DNA from: an uncultured Chloroflexia bacterium | GTDB taxonomy: Bacteria; Chloroflexota; Chloroflexia; Thermomicrobiales; UBA6265 | Length of the DNA: 64,000 nucleotides | Assembly (NCBI GenBank): GCA_963849635.1 | Contig: CAWKIA010000025.1 | Coordinates: 196,194 to 260,193 of the forward strand | Direction of reading: 5' to 3' | In this document: piece after piece, positions 33,947-45,488 of the stretch | Layout: each line of letters opens with the position of its first letter | Position numbering within the stretch: position 1 is the stretch's first letter | Translations under genes and position numbers: made by a program | The notes under the pieces: generated by a model | Databases searched by the model: none | What the model was told of the DNA's origin: nothing | The model's input: the letters and a program-made list of their open reading frames with translations, nothing else

Positions 33947-33994
33947 GACAGAAGGAATCGTGCAAACGTGACCGAAAGCGCAAAAGAGAGACTG

Positions 33995-34096
33995 ATGAAC
34001 ACGTTCGTGGCTCGCCCAAGCTCCATCATTATTGGCCTCGTACTTATCGAGCTCCCAGTAGGGAGCTATTCGTGTTGGCGAGGCCCGAAGCACTAG
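33995..34096 (+). CDS. ilv-leu leader peptide (33 aa, MNTFVARPSSIIIGLVLIELPVGSYSCWRGPKH)
   Basis: A short ORF containing the run I-I-I-G-L-V-L-I-E-L-P-V (8 of 12 residues are Ile/Leu/Val). It sits between the promoter and a terminator hairpin upstream of ilvB. AGAGAG RBS-like sequence. Confidence 0.55.
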   Translation: MNTFVARPSSIIIGLVLIELPVGSYSCWRGPKH

Positions 34097-34136
34097 CGCA
34101 GCGCGCACCAAGATGAGCACCGACGGCGGTGCGACG

Positions 34137-34162
34137 GGCCTCCCGAATAGGGGGGCTTTTTT
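34137..34162 (+). terminator. Attenuator terminator upstream of ilvB (GCCTCCC-GAATA-GGGGGGC followed by TTTTTTG)
   Basis: 7-bp GC stem (with one G-U pair) followed by T6. Lies 40 nt after the leader-peptide stop and 160 nt before the ilvB ATG. Confidence 0.6.
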
Positions 34163-34323
34163 GTTGTCCTCTGATCGACGCGGCAAGCCGGCAAGACGGC
34201 TAGTAACGACGGCAAACGGGTTCCTGCCGCAACGGCGCGGCGCGAGGTCACCGAGTGGCCCACGGCAAGACAGAAGACGGCGGGTCTTACCGCCGCCAGT
34301 GAGCAGGATCAAGGAGAACGATC

Positions 34324-36108
34324 ATGGCGGTTGCCAGTCCTCCCAATCGCGGCACCATCGCCCCGCTGGCCGCGCACTCGGGTTCGCTGGGGCGGGCAAT
34401 CTTCGAGGCTATCGCCCGGGGTGAGCAGCCGACACTCACCGGGTCCGAGATCACCTGCGCCAGCCTTGTCGCCGAAGGGGTGACGACCGTCTTCGGCTAC
34501 CCCGGCGGCGCCGTAATCCCGCTCTACGATGCCCTGCCGCGATTCGATCTGCATCATGTCCTGGTTCGGTTCGAGCAGTGGGCCGCACTCGCCGCCGATG
34601 GCTATGCTCGCGCGACCGGCAAGGTCGGCGTTTGCATTGCCACCTCCGGCCCTGGCGCCACCAATCTCGTCACCGGCCTCGCCAACAGCCAACTCGACTC
34701 CGTGCCGATCGTCGCCATCACCGGCCAGGTGACGCAGGCCCTCATCGGCCGGGATGCCTTCCAAGAGGTCGACATCACCGGGATCACCTTGCCGGTGACG
34801 AAGCACAACTATCTCGTGCAGACGGCGGCGGATATCGCCCCCACGATCAAAGAGGCATTCCACCTGGCCGCCTCCGGTCGGCCGGGACCGGTCCTGGTCG
34901 ATATTCCCAAGAGCGTCTTCCAAGCAAACGCACCGTTCTACTACCCAGAGAGTGTCTCCCGCCGCGGCTACCAGCCATCTCACACGCCGAATATGCGCCA
35001 GGTCCGGCTGGCGGCCGAGGCGATCAACTCAGCCAAGAAGCCGCTCATCATGGCGGGGCACGGTATTTTGCTCTCCGGTGGCACGGAGGAGTTTCGACAG
35101 TTCGTCGAGCGGACCGGCATGCCGGTGATCTTTACCTTGCTGGGCCTCGGCTGCTTCCCGGAGGATCATCCGCTCGCCCTGGGCCTGATGGGCATGCACG
35201 GGCACAAGCATGTCAATGACGCGCTCGAAGAGTGCGATCTGCTCGTGAATATTGGCGCCCGCTTTGACGACCGGGCAACCGGGCGAATTGACGGCTTTGC
35301 TCCACATGCGAAGGTGGTCCACGTCGACATCGATCCAGCCGAAATCGGCAAGAACGTAGTGACCGCCGTGCCGGTCGTTGGGGATGCGCGCGAGGCATTG
35401 CGCCTCCTGCTGGGCGAGGTCCAGGAGCGCCGCCACGATTCGTGGATGGGCTGGATCGATTCCCGGCGGAATCGGGTGCTCGAAGCCGCCCTGGAGGACC
35501 TGCCGACGACACCCGAGCCGTACGCAATCGTCAAAGCCATCGCGAAGGCAACCAACGGCGAGGCGATCGTTGCCACCGATGTCGGCCAGCACCAGATGTG
35601 GACCGCCCAGCACTTCGGATTCAATCACCCTGACCGAAATATCACCTCCGGCGGCCTAGGCACGATGGGCTTTGGCCTGCCGGCCGCCATCGGCGCCAAG
35701 CTCGGCCGGCCTGACCTGGAGGTCTGGGCGATCGTCGGTGACGGCGGCATCCAGATGTCGCTGAACGAGTTCGCGACCGCCGTTCAGGAAGGGCTTGACA
35801 TCAATATCGCGATCATCAACAACGGCTACCTGGGCATGGTCCGCCAGTGGCAAGACCTCTTCCACGGAAAGAACTACTCCGAAGTCCAGATCTCCGCACC
35901 GGACTTCGTCAAGCTCGCTGAGGCCTATGGCATGACGGGGATCAGGGTCACGACCGACGCCGAGATTGTGCCGGCCATCGAAAAGGCGCGGAGCATCCCC
36001 GGTCCGGTCCTGGTCGAGTTCGTGATTACCCCGGAAGCCAATGTCTACCCGATGGTGCCGCCAGGCGGAAGCAACTCCGAGATGTGGCACGAGCGGTTCG
36101 AGGAGTAG
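34324..36108 (+). CDS. ilvB: Acetolactate synthase large subunit
   Basis: 594 aa. TPP enzyme with GYPGGAVIPLYDAL..., GVCIATSGPGATNLVTGLANS, and the C-terminal GDGGIQMSLNEFAT. Confidence 0.9.
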   Translation: MAVASPPNRGTIAPLAAHSGSLGRAIFEAIARGEQPTLTGSEITCASLVAEGVTTVFGYPGGAVIPLYDALPRFDLHHVLVRFEQWAALAADGYARATGKVGVCIATSGPGATNLVTGLANSQLDSVPIVAITGQVTQALIGRDAFQEVDITGITLPVTKHNYLVQTAADIAPTIKEAFHLAASGRPGPVLVDIPKSVFQANAPFYYPESVSRRGYQPSHTPNMRQVRLAAEAINSAKKPLIMAGHGILLSGGTEEFRQFVERTGMPVIFTLLGLGCFPEDHPLALGLMGMHGHKHVNDALEECDLLVNIGARFDDRATGRIDGFAPHAKVVHVDIDPAEIGKNVVTAVPVVGDAREALRLLLGEVQERRHDSWMGWIDSRRNRVLEAALEDLPTTPEPYAIVKAIAKATNGEAIVATDVGQHQMWTAQHFGFNHPDRNITSGGLGTMGFGLPAAIGAKLGRPDLEVWAIVGDGGIQMSLNEFATAVQEGLDINIAIINNGYLGMVRQWQDLFHGKNYSEVQISAPDFVKLAEAYGMTGIRVTTDAEIVPAIEKARSIPGPVLVEFVITPEANVYPMVPPGGSNSEMWHERFEE

Positions 36109-36115
36109 ACGGAGT

Positions 36116-36180
36116 TTCAAGTTCCAAGAAGTGAGGCGCAAGTCACTTGGACCTTGAGACTTGGAACTTGAGACTTGGAA
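36116..36180. repeat. Hairpin-forming tandem repeat in the ilvB-ilvN spacer (GAGACTTGGAACTT twice, plus inverted AGTTCCAAG)
   Basis: TCAAGTTCCAAG ... CTTGGACCTTGAGACTTGGAACTTGAGACTTGGAACTTGA. Confidence 0.6.
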
Positions 36181-36205
36181 CTTGATTCTCGTCTAGGAGT
36201 TTGAG

Positions 36206-36796
36206 ATGAGTACGTCCCGTCATACGCTCGTCGTTCAGGTCGAAGATCAACCCGGGGTGCTCAACCGGGTGGTCTCCTTGATGCGGCGCCGCTCCTTCAA
36301 TATCGACTCGATCACGGTCGGGCACTCGGAGATTCCGGGCGTTTCTCGAATGACGATCGTGGTGGATGGAGAAGCGAACGACGTCGAACAGGTCGGGAAG
36401 CAGCTCTATAAGCTGATGGAAGTCCTGAAGGTCACCGACCTGGACGACTCCAACTGCCTGGCGCGCGAGCTCGCACTGATCAAGGTGGCAGCTAAAGCTC
36501 AGCACCGGGGCGAGATCCTGCAGATTGCCCAGATTTATGATGCCCGCGTCGTCGACGCGAGCCCAAGCACGCTGCTGCTGGAGATGACCGGCACCGAAGA
36601 CAAGATCGATTCTCTGCTGGCCATGCTGCGCCAATTTGGCATCCGGGAGTTGGTGCGCACCGGCCGGATCGCGATGGTCCGGGGTGCCTCGACCGTCAGC
36701 GCCAAGCCGGCGACGGCCACGTCGCCGAGCGTCAGCAATGGCACCAACGGCCGCTCGGCGGAGATTCCAGTGGAAATCGTATCGATTGCAACTTGA
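36206..36796 (+). CDS. ilvN: Acetolactate synthase small (regulatory) subunit
   Basis: ACT domain HTLVVQVEDQPGVLNRVVSLMRRRSFNIDSITVG. Confidence 0.9.
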   Translation: MSTSRHTLVVQVEDQPGVLNRVVSLMRRRSFNIDSITVGHSEIPGVSRMTIVVDGEANDVEQVGKQLYKLMEVLKVTDLDDSNCLARELALIKVAAKAQHRGEILQIAQIYDARVVDASPSTLLLEMTGTEDKIDSLLAMLRQFGIRELVRTGRIAMVRGASTVSAKPATATSPSVSNGTNGRSAEIPVEIVSIAT

Positions 36797-36964
36797 CCGG
36801 TTAGCGATCACGGAACGCCGCCACACCGGGCGGCGTTCCTCTTTACTTCGACTTTTGGCCAGGAACGCCGCTGTTCCCAATCGTCCACCGGTCAGGCGAC
36901 TATAGCGCGCTTCAGCACAAAATCATTGACGTGTGGTGAGATGGGCCCGCATGCGCGGGCGTAG

Positions 36965-38026
<1,062 letters not shown>

Positions 38027-38105
38027 CCGCGGCGGTCGTTGGGGTGGCGCGCGGCAGTCAGCCCGCGCCACTTCTCCCGCCGATCTGAACAAGGAGCAGG
38101 AACCC

Positions 38106-39671
38106 GTGAGCGAATCGACCGGCCAGCCTGACGTAGCCAATCGCGACCCGCGGAACCGCGTCATCATCTTCGACACGACGCTTCGTGATGGAGAGCAGTC
38201 CCCTGGCGCGACCCTTACCGCCGACGAAAAACTCGAAGTAGCCGACGCGCTGGTAGCTCTCGGCGTTGATGTGATTGAAGCGGGATTTCCAGCCGCATCT
38301 CCCGGCGACTTCGAGGCGGTCCGCGCGATCGCCCAGCGGTCCAAGGGTGTGGTCATCGCCGGGCTTGCCCGGGCGGTCGAATCGGACATCGAGCGGGCGG
38401 CCCAGGCGGTCCGGGTGGCGGAAGCCGCCCGGATTCACACGTTCCTCTCCTCCTCTGACATCCACCTCCAGCACCAGATGCGAATGAGCCGCGAGCAGGC
38501 GCTGGACCGAGTGACGGCCTGCGTCTCCTACGCGCGGTCATTCGTCTCGGACGTCGAGTTTTCCGCGATGGACTCGACTCGCTCCGACTGGGACTATCTG
38601 GCGGAAATGTTCAAGCGTGCCGTCGAGGCGGGCGCGACCACGCTCAACGTGCCGGACACCGTCGGATACACGACGCCGGACGAGTATTCGGCTCTGATGC
38701 GCCACCTCCGGGAACGTGTCCCTGGCATCGAGAATTGCATCATCTCCGTCCACTGCCACGACGACCTGGGCATGGCAACCGCGAATACTCTGGCGGCAGT
38801 TCAGGCGGGCGCCCGTCAGGTCGAAGTGACGATCAACGGGATCGGCGAGCGGGCAGGCAACACCTCCCTGGAGGAGGTGGTGATGGCGATCCGCACCCGA
38901 CCCGACACCTACGGCGGCACCTGGACTGGCGTCATGGCTGAGCGACTGGTGCCGACGAGCCGGATCGTCAGCACGCTGACCGGAGTGGTCGTGCAGCCGA
39001 ACAAGGCGATCGTCGGGGCAAATGCGTTTGCGCACGAGTCCGGTATCCACCAGGACGGCGTGCTCAAGGAGCGCACAACCTACGAGATCATGGACCCCGC
39101 CGATGTCGGTTGGGAAGGAACGAAGCTCGTCCTGGGCAAGCACTCCGGCAGGAAGGGCTTCAAGGCGACCCTGGACGACCTCGGTATCCGACTGGCCGAA
39201 GATCAGGTGAACGAGGTCTATAACCGCTTCCTGGTGCTCGCCGACCGGAAGAAGACCGTCACCGCCGCCGACTTGATCGCCCTCGTCAGTGATGAGCTCG
39301 ATACTCCCGGCGACGGCTTTACCCTCAATCGCTGGAACGCCAGCCTTGGCAGCGCCGGACCTGCTACCGCCAGCGTGATTATTACCCGCGGCGATGGCCA
39401 GTTCACCGGCGACGGCGAGGGCAACGGCCCGGTCGATGCCCTCTTCAAGGCGATCGAGGCCGCCACCGGAATTGAGAACGAGCTGATCGCCTACCACGTC
39501 GAAGCTGTGACGCCGGGCGAGGACGCCCAGGGTCAGGTTCAGGTTCGGATCAAGGTCGGGGACACGGTCTACACCGGCCACGGCTTAGCCACCGACATCG
39601 TCGAGGCTAGCGCCCGCGGCTATCTGGCCGCGCTGAGCAAAGTTCAGATGAAGGAAAAGGCGGCGGTGTAA
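38106..39671 (+). CDS. leuA: 2-isopropylmalate synthase
   Basis: FDTTLRDGEQSPGA, and HCHDDLGMATANTLAAVQAGA. GTG start is preceded by AAGGAG. 521 aa with the LeuA dimerisation/regulatory domain. Confidence 0.85.
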   Translation: MSESTGQPDVANRDPRNRVIIFDTTLRDGEQSPGATLTADEKLEVADALVALGVDVIEAGFPAASPGDFEAVRAIAQRSKGVVIAGLARAVESDIERAAQAVRVAEAARIHTFLSSSDIHLQHQMRMSREQALDRVTACVSYARSFVSDVEFSAMDSTRSDWDYLAEMFKRAVEAGATTLNVPDTVGYTTPDEYSALMRHLRERVPGIENCIISVHCHDDLGMATANTLAAVQAGARQVEVTINGIGERAGNTSLEEVVMAIRTRPDTYGGTWTGVMAERLVPTSRIVSTLTGVVVQPNKAIVGANAFAHESGIHQDGVLKERTTYEIMDPADVGWEGTKLVLGKHSGRKGFKATLDDLGIRLAEDQVNEVYNRFLVLADRKKTVTAADLIALVSDELDTPGDGFTLNRWNASLGSAGPATASVIITRGDGQFTGDGEGNGPVDALFKAIEAATGIENELIAYHVEAVTPGEDAQGQVQVRIKVGDTVYTGHGLATDIVEASARGYLAALSKVQMKEKAAV

Positions 39672-39792
39672 GGGGAGAGGACCTCACCTCCTACCTCCTC
39701 TCTCCCCTAGCCCACTGCGGTGGAGAGGGGCGTCAGGTGGCGCCGTTTCCGGGATCGCCGTTCTCCCCACTATGTAGTCAATTGAAGGAACC

Positions 39793-41202
39793 ATGATGGC
39801 CGAGCGTCCACGAACATTGAGCGACAAGATCTGGGAGCGCCACGTCATTCATTCGGCGCCGGGGGAGCCCGATCTCCTCTTTATCGACCTCCACCTCATC
39901 CACGAGGTGACCACGCCCCAGGCGTTCGAGGGGTTGCGAATGGCGGGGCGCAAGGTGCGCCGCCCAGATCTCACCGTCGCCACCGCGGACCACAATGTGC
40001 CGACGGTCGGGATTCACCTGCCCGTCGCGGACCCGATCTCGGCCACCCAGCTCTCCCACCTGACGCGCAACTGCGAGGAGTTCGGGATCAAGCTCTACCC
40101 GATGGGCGATCCCGGTCAGGGCATCGTGCACGTGATTGGGCCGGAGCTCGGCCTGACCCAGCCGGGGATGACGATCGTCTGCGGCGACAGTCACACCTCC
40201 ACCCACGGCGCCTTCGGAGCGCTCGCGTTCGGGATTGGAACGAGCGAGGTCGAGCACGTGCTCGCCACCCAAAGCCTGCCGCAACGGCGGCCGGGAACAA
40301 TGGCGATCACGGTCGAAGGCGAACTGCCGCCAGGGTCGTCGGCAAAGGACATCATCCTGGCGATCATTGGCCGGATCGGCACCGGCGGAGGAATCGGCTC
40401 GATCATCGAGTACCGCGGCTCGGCCATCCGGGCGCTGACGATGGAAGGCCGGATGACGGTCTGCAACATGACGATCGAGGCTGGAGCAAAGGCAGGCATG
40501 ATCGCTCCAGACGACACGACCTTCGCCTACATCGAGGGCAAGCCTCATGCGCCGAAAGGCGTCGAGTGGGAGCGCGCACTGGACGACTGGCACTCACTGC
40601 GGACCGATGACGACGCCAAGTTCGACGCCGAGATCGTCTTCGACGCCCACGAGATCCGGCCCCATGTCTCCTGGGGCACCAATCCCGGTCAGGTTGTCCC
40701 GATCGACGATGTTGTTCCTGACCCGAAAGAGATGACCGACCCCAGCTCTCGAGACGCCGCCACCCGAGCACTGGCCTACATGGAGCTGACACCGGGCACG
40801 CCAATGCGCGATATCCCGGTCGACACGGTCTTCATTGGCTCGTGCACCAATAGCAGGATCGAAGACCTGCGAATCGCCGCCTCTGTCCTCGAGGGCCGCA
40901 AGGTGCGCGAGGGGATGCGGGCGATGGTCGTGCCAGGATCGATGCGGGTCAAGTCCCAGGCGGAAGCCGAAGGGCTAGACCGCATCTTCGAGGCGGCGGG
41001 GTTTGAGTGGCGATCTGCCGGGTGCTCGATGTGCCTCGGCATGAACCCGGATCAACTCAAGCCGAAAGAGCGTTGCGCCTCAACCAGCAATCGCAACTTC
41101 GAAGGTCGTCAGGGTCGCGGCAGCCGCACCCATCTCGTCTCGCCCGCGATTGCCGCGGCAACAGCGGTCGTCGGCTCATTCGCGACGCCCGCCGACCTGT
41201 AA
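39793..41202 (+). CDS. leuC: 3-isopropylmalate dehydratase large subunit
   Basis: Aconitase-family motifs GIVHVIGPE..., [23 protein letters not shown], and [10 protein letters not shown]. Confidence 0.9.
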   Translation: MMAERPRTLSDKIWERHVIHSAPGEPDLLFIDLHLIHEVTTPQAFEGLRMAGRKVRRPDLTVATADHNVPTVGIHLPVADPISATQLSHLTRNCEEFGIKLYPMGDPGQGIVHVIGPELGLTQPGMTIVCGDSHTSTHGAFGALAFGIGTSEVEHVLATQSLPQRRPGTMAITVEGELPPGSSAKDIILAIIGRIGTGGGIGSIIEYRGSAIRALTMEGRMTVCNMTIEAGAKAGMIAPDDTTFAYIEGKPHAPKGVEWERALDDWHSLRTDDDAKFDAEIVFDAHEIRPHVSWGTNPGQVVPIDDVVPDPKEMTDPSSRDAATRALAYMELTPGTPMRDIPVDTVFIGSCTNSRIEDLRIAASVLEGRKVREGMRAMVVPGSMRVKSQAEAEGLDRIFEAAGFEWRSAGCSMCLGMNPDQLKPKERCASTSNRNFEGRQGRGSRTHLVSPAIAAATAVVGSFATPADL

Positions 41203-41251
41203 CCTCCAATCCCAACCTACCTACACGCCTTAGACCGATTGAGAGGACACG

Positions 41252-41860
41252 ATGAAACCAGTACGCATCATCACCGGCACGGCATTGCCGCTCGACCGCA
41301 GCGACGTTGATACCGACCAGATCATTCCCGCCCACTGGCTCAAGCGGGTCGAGCGGACCGGCTTCGGGGCTGGACTCTTTTCGTCCTGGCGGGAGAATGA
41401 GCCGGACTTCGTCCTCAACCGGCCAGAGTTCGCCGGGGCCAGGATCATGGTCGCCGGGCCGAACTTTGGCGTGGGCTCCTCTCGGGAGCATGCGGTCTGG
41501 GCGTTGCAGGACTGCGGCTTCGAGGCGGTCGTCTCGCCCCGGTTCGGCGACATCTTTCGCAACAACGCGACAAAGACGGGGCTCGTCACTGCCGCGATTC
41601 ATCCAGAGATGGCCGAAGCGCTTCTCCGGGCGGTCGAACGTGATCCGAACTTGATCGTGACGGTCGATGTCGAGCGCAAGGTCGTCGAGGCTCCTGGCGC
41701 CAAGATCCGCGCCGAGTTCCCGCTCGACGACTTCACCCAGCACCGCCTGCTCGAAGGTCTCGATGACATTGGCCTGACGCTGACGCACGAGGATGCCGTC
41801 CTGGCATACGAAGCGAAACGCTCGTCCTGGTTGCCCTCGGTCGACACGGCTGCGGTTTAG
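41252..41860 (+). CDS. leuD: 3-isopropylmalate dehydratase small subunit
   Basis: Aconitase swivel domain NFGVGSSREHAVWALQDCG. Confidence 0.9.
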   Translation: MKPVRIITGTALPLDRSDVDTDQIIPAHWLKRVERTGFGAGLFSSWRENEPDFVLNRPEFAGARIMVAGPNFGVGSSREHAVWALQDCGFEAVVSPRFGDIFRNNATKTGLVTAAIHPEMAEALLRAVERDPNLIVTVDVERKVVEAPGAKIRAEFPLDDFTQHRLLEGLDDIGLTLTHEDAVLAYEAKRSSWLPSVDTAAV

Positions 41861-41865
41861 CGGGA

Positions 41866-42225
41866 ATGACCGAGAAGGCCAACCTCGCCGAGAAGTTCGC
41901 CAAGATCGAGGGACACTGGCAGCCCCGGATCGTGGCTGAACTGAATGGGCAGCACGTCAAGCTCGCGAAGGTGCAGGGCGATTTTCCATGGCATCATCAC
42001 GAGACGGAGGATGAACTTTTCTACGTCGTTTCTGGACGATTGCTTCTGCGATTCCGTGATCGTGAGGTGTGGTTAGAACCGGGCGAACTCCTGGTGGTAC
42101 CGCACGGCGTCGAGCACGCGCCCTTCGCCGAGGTCGAGACGCAGATCGTTCTTTTCGAGCCGGCGGGCACCCTCAATACCGGCACCGAGGAGAACGAGCG
42201 GACGTACCAGTCGGATTGGGTGTAA
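41866..42225 (+). CDS. Cupin-domain protein inserted between leuD and leuB
   Basis: 119 aa, with the two cupin His motifs G...[15 protein letters not shown] and PHGVEH. Confidence 0.6.
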   Translation: MTEKANLAEKFAKIEGHWQPRIVAELNGQHVKLAKVQGDFPWHHHETEDELFYVVSGRLLLRFRDREVWLEPGELLVVPHGVEHAPFAEVETQIVLFEPAGTLNTGTEENERTYQSDWV

Positions 42226-42274
42226 CCTGCGGCGTCGACCTAAACGCACCTGTCACGGAGGACACACACGCTCG

Positions 42275-43375
42275 ATGGCAATTACCGCGACGATCGCACT
42301 GCTGCCGGGAGATGGCGTCGGCCCGGAGATCATGGCGGAGGCCCGCAAGGTCCTGAACGCCATCGAGCATCGCTCCGGACATCGGTTCGATCTCTTCGAG
42401 ACCGCCATTGGCGGGGCGGCCATTGACGCCCACGGGGTTCCGTTGCGGTCGGAGGATATCGAGCGCTGCCGGGCCGCCGATGCCGTCTTGCTGGGTGCCG
42501 TCGGTGGCCCAAAGTGGGATAACCCCAACGCCAAAATCCGGCCGGAACAAGGTCTTCTCTCAATCCGGAAGGCCCTTGGACTGTATGCCAACCTGCGGCC
42601 GGTCGCTGTTCTCGATGCGCTTGCGGACACCTCCCCACTCAAGCCAGAGATCGTGCGCGGCGTCGACATTCTCGTTGTACGCGAGCTTACCGGAGGGCTC
42701 TACTTTGGTCGCCCGTCGCGCCAATGGCGCGAGCGCCGGGGCCGAGCCGCGATCGACACGCTGATCTACCGGGAACATGAGATCAAACGTATTGCTCGTC
42801 TCGCATTCGCCCAGGCGAGGGAGCGACGCGGTTTCGTCGTGAGTGTCGACAAGGCCAATGTCCTGTCGTCGTCGCGGCTCTGGCGAACGATCCTGACCGA
42901 GGTCGCCGCCGAATTCCCCGACGTGAAACTGGAGCACCAACTGGTCGACGCAGCCGCGATGGCGCTGATTCGCAACCCGGGCCGCTACGACGTGATTGTC
43001 ACCGAGAATATGTTCGGCGATATCCTGACGGACGAGGCCTCCGTGCTTGCCGGCTCGATCGGGCTGCTGCCATCGGCCAGTCTTGGGGCAGCGGCGGCGG
43101 ACGGGCGGGTCATCGGTCTGTACGAGCCGATCCACGGCAGCGCTCCGGACATCGCCGGCCAGGGCAAGGTCAATCCCGTCGGGATGATCCTCTCGGTAGC
43201 GGCAATGCTGCGCACGTCGTTGCGACTCGCTGATGAGGCGACCGCAATCGAGAACGCGGTTCGGGCCGTGATCGATTCCGGGACTCGTACGGCCGATATC
43301 CAGGCCGCCGGTCAGGAACCGGTCTCTACGTCAGCGATGGGCGATGCAATTGAGGCTCGCTTGCGGGCAGAGTAA
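42275..43375 (+). CDS. leuB: 3-isopropylmalate dehydrogenase
   Basis: Isocitrate/isopropylmalate dehydrogenase motif [27 protein letters not shown]. Confidence 0.9.
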   Translation: MAITATIALLPGDGVGPEIMAEARKVLNAIEHRSGHRFDLFETAIGGAAIDAHGVPLRSEDIERCRAADAVLLGAVGGPKWDNPNAKIRPEQGLLSIRKALGLYANLRPVAVLDALADTSPLKPEIVRGVDILVVRELTGGLYFGRPSRQWRERRGRAAIDTLIYREHEIKRIARLAFAQARERRGFVVSVDKANVLSSSRLWRTILTEVAAEFPDVKLEHQLVDAAAMALIRNPGRYDVIVTENMFGDILTDEASVLAGSIGLLPSASLGAAAADGRVIGLYEPIHGSAPDIAGQGKVNPVGMILSVAAMLRTSLRLADEATAIENAVRAVIDSGTRTADIQAAGQEPVSTSAMGDAIEARLRAE

Positions 43376-43386
43376 CGGAGCGACCA

Positions 43387-43875
43387 ATGCGGATCTACAT
43401 GGCGGGTCCGATGTTCTCCGCCGCTGAGGTCGCCTTCAACTTGCGGCTCGCCGCTCGCCTGCGCGAAAACGACTTCGAGGTCTACTGCCCGAACGAGAGC
43501 GAGCCGATCAACGACAAGACCCGGCACGATGTCACCGCCCAGATGATCTACAACTTTGACATCGATGAGTTACGGGCGAGCAATGTCGCCCTCTTCCAGG
43601 TCAGCGAGGACTCGGGATCCAACTGGGAGGCGGGCTATATGGATTGCCTCTCCCGCTTCGTCGATTCCGGCCGCTACTACGGAGTTCTGGGCATGGCGAC
43701 CGACATCCGCCTCTCCAGCCCACCGAACCCGGCTCAATCCGGCGTCGACAATCAAGCGGGTTATGTCAATCCGTTGGTTGCCGGTGGGCTCCAGCTGTCG
43801 CTGGGCGTTGTGCGAACGGAGGAGGAGGCAATTGCCCGCCTCATCCAGATCCGTCAGGAACGGGAAGAAAGATAG
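43387..43875 (+). CDS. Nucleoside 2-deoxyribosyltransferase-like protein
   Basis: MRIYMAGPMF N-terminus and an acidic active-site region, as in the NDT / LOG-like fold. Confidence 0.5.
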   Translation: MRIYMAGPMFSAAEVAFNLRLAARLRENDFEVYCPNESEPINDKTRHDVTAQMIYNFDIDELRASNVALFQVSEDSGSNWEAGYMDCLSRFVDSGRYYGVLGMATDIRLSSPPNPAQSGVDNQAGYVNPLVAGGLQLSLGVVRTEEEAIARLIQIRQEREER

Positions 43876-43958
43876 GGCGAACGCGGAGCAGTGAGACTAT
43901 CACTCACCATCGCCCAGGGATGAAATCCCAAACCGCGTTGCCCGCTGAGACGAACAAC

Positions 43959-45092
43959 CTACGCACTCTGCGCCAGGGCCGCAATGGCCTGGGTTGCTGC
44001 GGCTCCGAATCCTTGCTCGTCGATCGTCCGTCCAGCGTCGTTCACGCCAGCCGAGACGACAAACCACCGACCATCTGCCCGTTGCAACAGCCAGGTAAGC
44101 ACGAGAACTCCAGGCTCGGACCCGCCCTTATAGCCGACAATCGGCCAAACGGAGCGATCGATGAGCGCACCCGGATTGAGCTGAAGTACCTCCCGTAGCG
44201 GCAGTAGCCCAGGTTGGGTGGACTGTTCGAGCAGGTATGCCATCGCGGCGCACATATCAGCGGGGCTGGCAAACCACTCCACCGAGTCGATAAGCGTCGG
44301 GCTCACGAAACTGGCGCCATCGACAATCGTCATGCCGTCCGCGGCCGCTTTGATTTCACCATCGAGCATCGCTCGACGCTCGTCCGGCCCGGCGCTGATA
44401 TACGCCTGCTGGCGCTCAGGCGTGAGCACCGTCTTGATCGCGAACAACTCTCGCGTTGAGAGCATCGGAATCATGAGAGAGCTATCGGCGTGGCCCATCG
44501 TCGCGACCATAGCCTCGACGTTTTCGCGACCCAGCGTGAAGAGCAGGTGATCGGTCGCGGTATTGTCGCTCTGCGAAATCATGACTTCGGCGAGGTAGCG
44601 AACTGAATACGCAGTTCCCGCTGGGGCATAGTGCAGGTCGCCGGAGGGCATACTCCGGTAGGCATCATCGATCGCGATTTCGTCGTCCCAACTCAGCTCA
44701 CCAGCCGCGATCTGGCGACCCAGCTCGCCCAGGATGTACAGCTTGAAAACCGACCCGATCGCCAATGGCACATCGGCGTTTAACTCATGGACTGGTGTGC
44801 AGTTGGGCCCCGAAATCTCGGCCGCGAGCAAACCAACGCTCGCGCCGAAACTTGAAAGTCCGGAGTCGACCTCATTCCAACTTTTTGGCGCGGCTGGTTG
44901 AAGCACCAACCCGATGATCAAATGCTTCGGCGTATCGTCAACGTCGATTCGCAGAGCGAATGCCGCACCGGTCCCCTGAATAGTTACCTGCGCAGATAGA
45001 TCGGTTGCATTGGGAGCAACCTCTGTCGGAATCCAGGGACCGGTGGCCTGCAGTTGCGCAGCGATCTCAATGAACTGATCAAATGGCACCAC
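43959..45092 (-). CDS. Class-A beta-lactamase-like serine hydrolase (probably extends to about 45362 with frameshifts)
   Basis: S-x-x-K (GSVFK), SDN, and K-G-G (YKGGSEPG) motifs. A plausible signal peptide MRSYSRSIAHVVLISVIVSSLSVAAGV is in a different frame upstream (ORF 45138..45383), which points to frameshifts in the 5' part. Confidence 0.6.
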   Translation of the reverse strand: MVPFDQFIEIAAQLQATGPWIPTEVAPNATDLSAQVTIQGTGAAFALRIDVDDTPKHLIIGLVLQPAAPKSWNEVDSGLSSFGASVGLLAAEISGPNCTPVHELNADVPLAIGSVFKLYILGELGRQIAAGELSWDDEIAIDDAYRSMPSGDLHYAPAGTAYSVRYLAEVMISQSDNTATDHLLFTLGRENVEAMVATMGHADSSLMIPMLSTRELFAIKTVLTPERQQAYISAGPDERRAMLDGEIKAAADGMTIVDGASFVSPTLIDSVEWFASPADMCAAMAYLLEQSTQPGLLPLREVLQLNPGALIDRSVWPIVGYKGGSEPGVLVLTWLLQRADGRWFVVSAGVNDAGRTIDEQGFGAAATQAIAALAQSA

Positions 45093-45488
45093 CTGGATGA
45101 AAGATGGATCAAAGGTCGCGCTATAGGCGCTCCGGCGTCAGTTCCTCGCCTTCGCCATTGAGTAGAGCAAGCACCCAGGAAACTGCTGGCCTACTGGGGT
45201 TTGCAGAAACGCCTCCAGGTCGCCCGCGACCGGAGAAGCGGTTGGAGATGAAACTGGAGTCACCTGTGCCGAAATGAGCCTCACACCGGCTGCAACGGAC
45301 AACGACGAGACGATCACTGAAATCAGCACAACATGCGCAATCGACCGGCTGTACGACCTCATACGATTGCTCCCTCGCTTCAACGGTGAAACGAACGGAC
45401 TTTGCCGGGATCCGCGGATTCCACGGTATGAGCAAGGCGAGCGCTAAAGCGGCCACCGGCAGACTGGTCGACGGTGGGGATGGCGTAG

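Noticed and set aside
33899-34312. 137-aa minus-strand ORF covering the ilv leader region
   Set aside because: It overlaps a region better explained by the promoter, leader peptide and attenuator on the plus strand. No RBS and no protein-like features.
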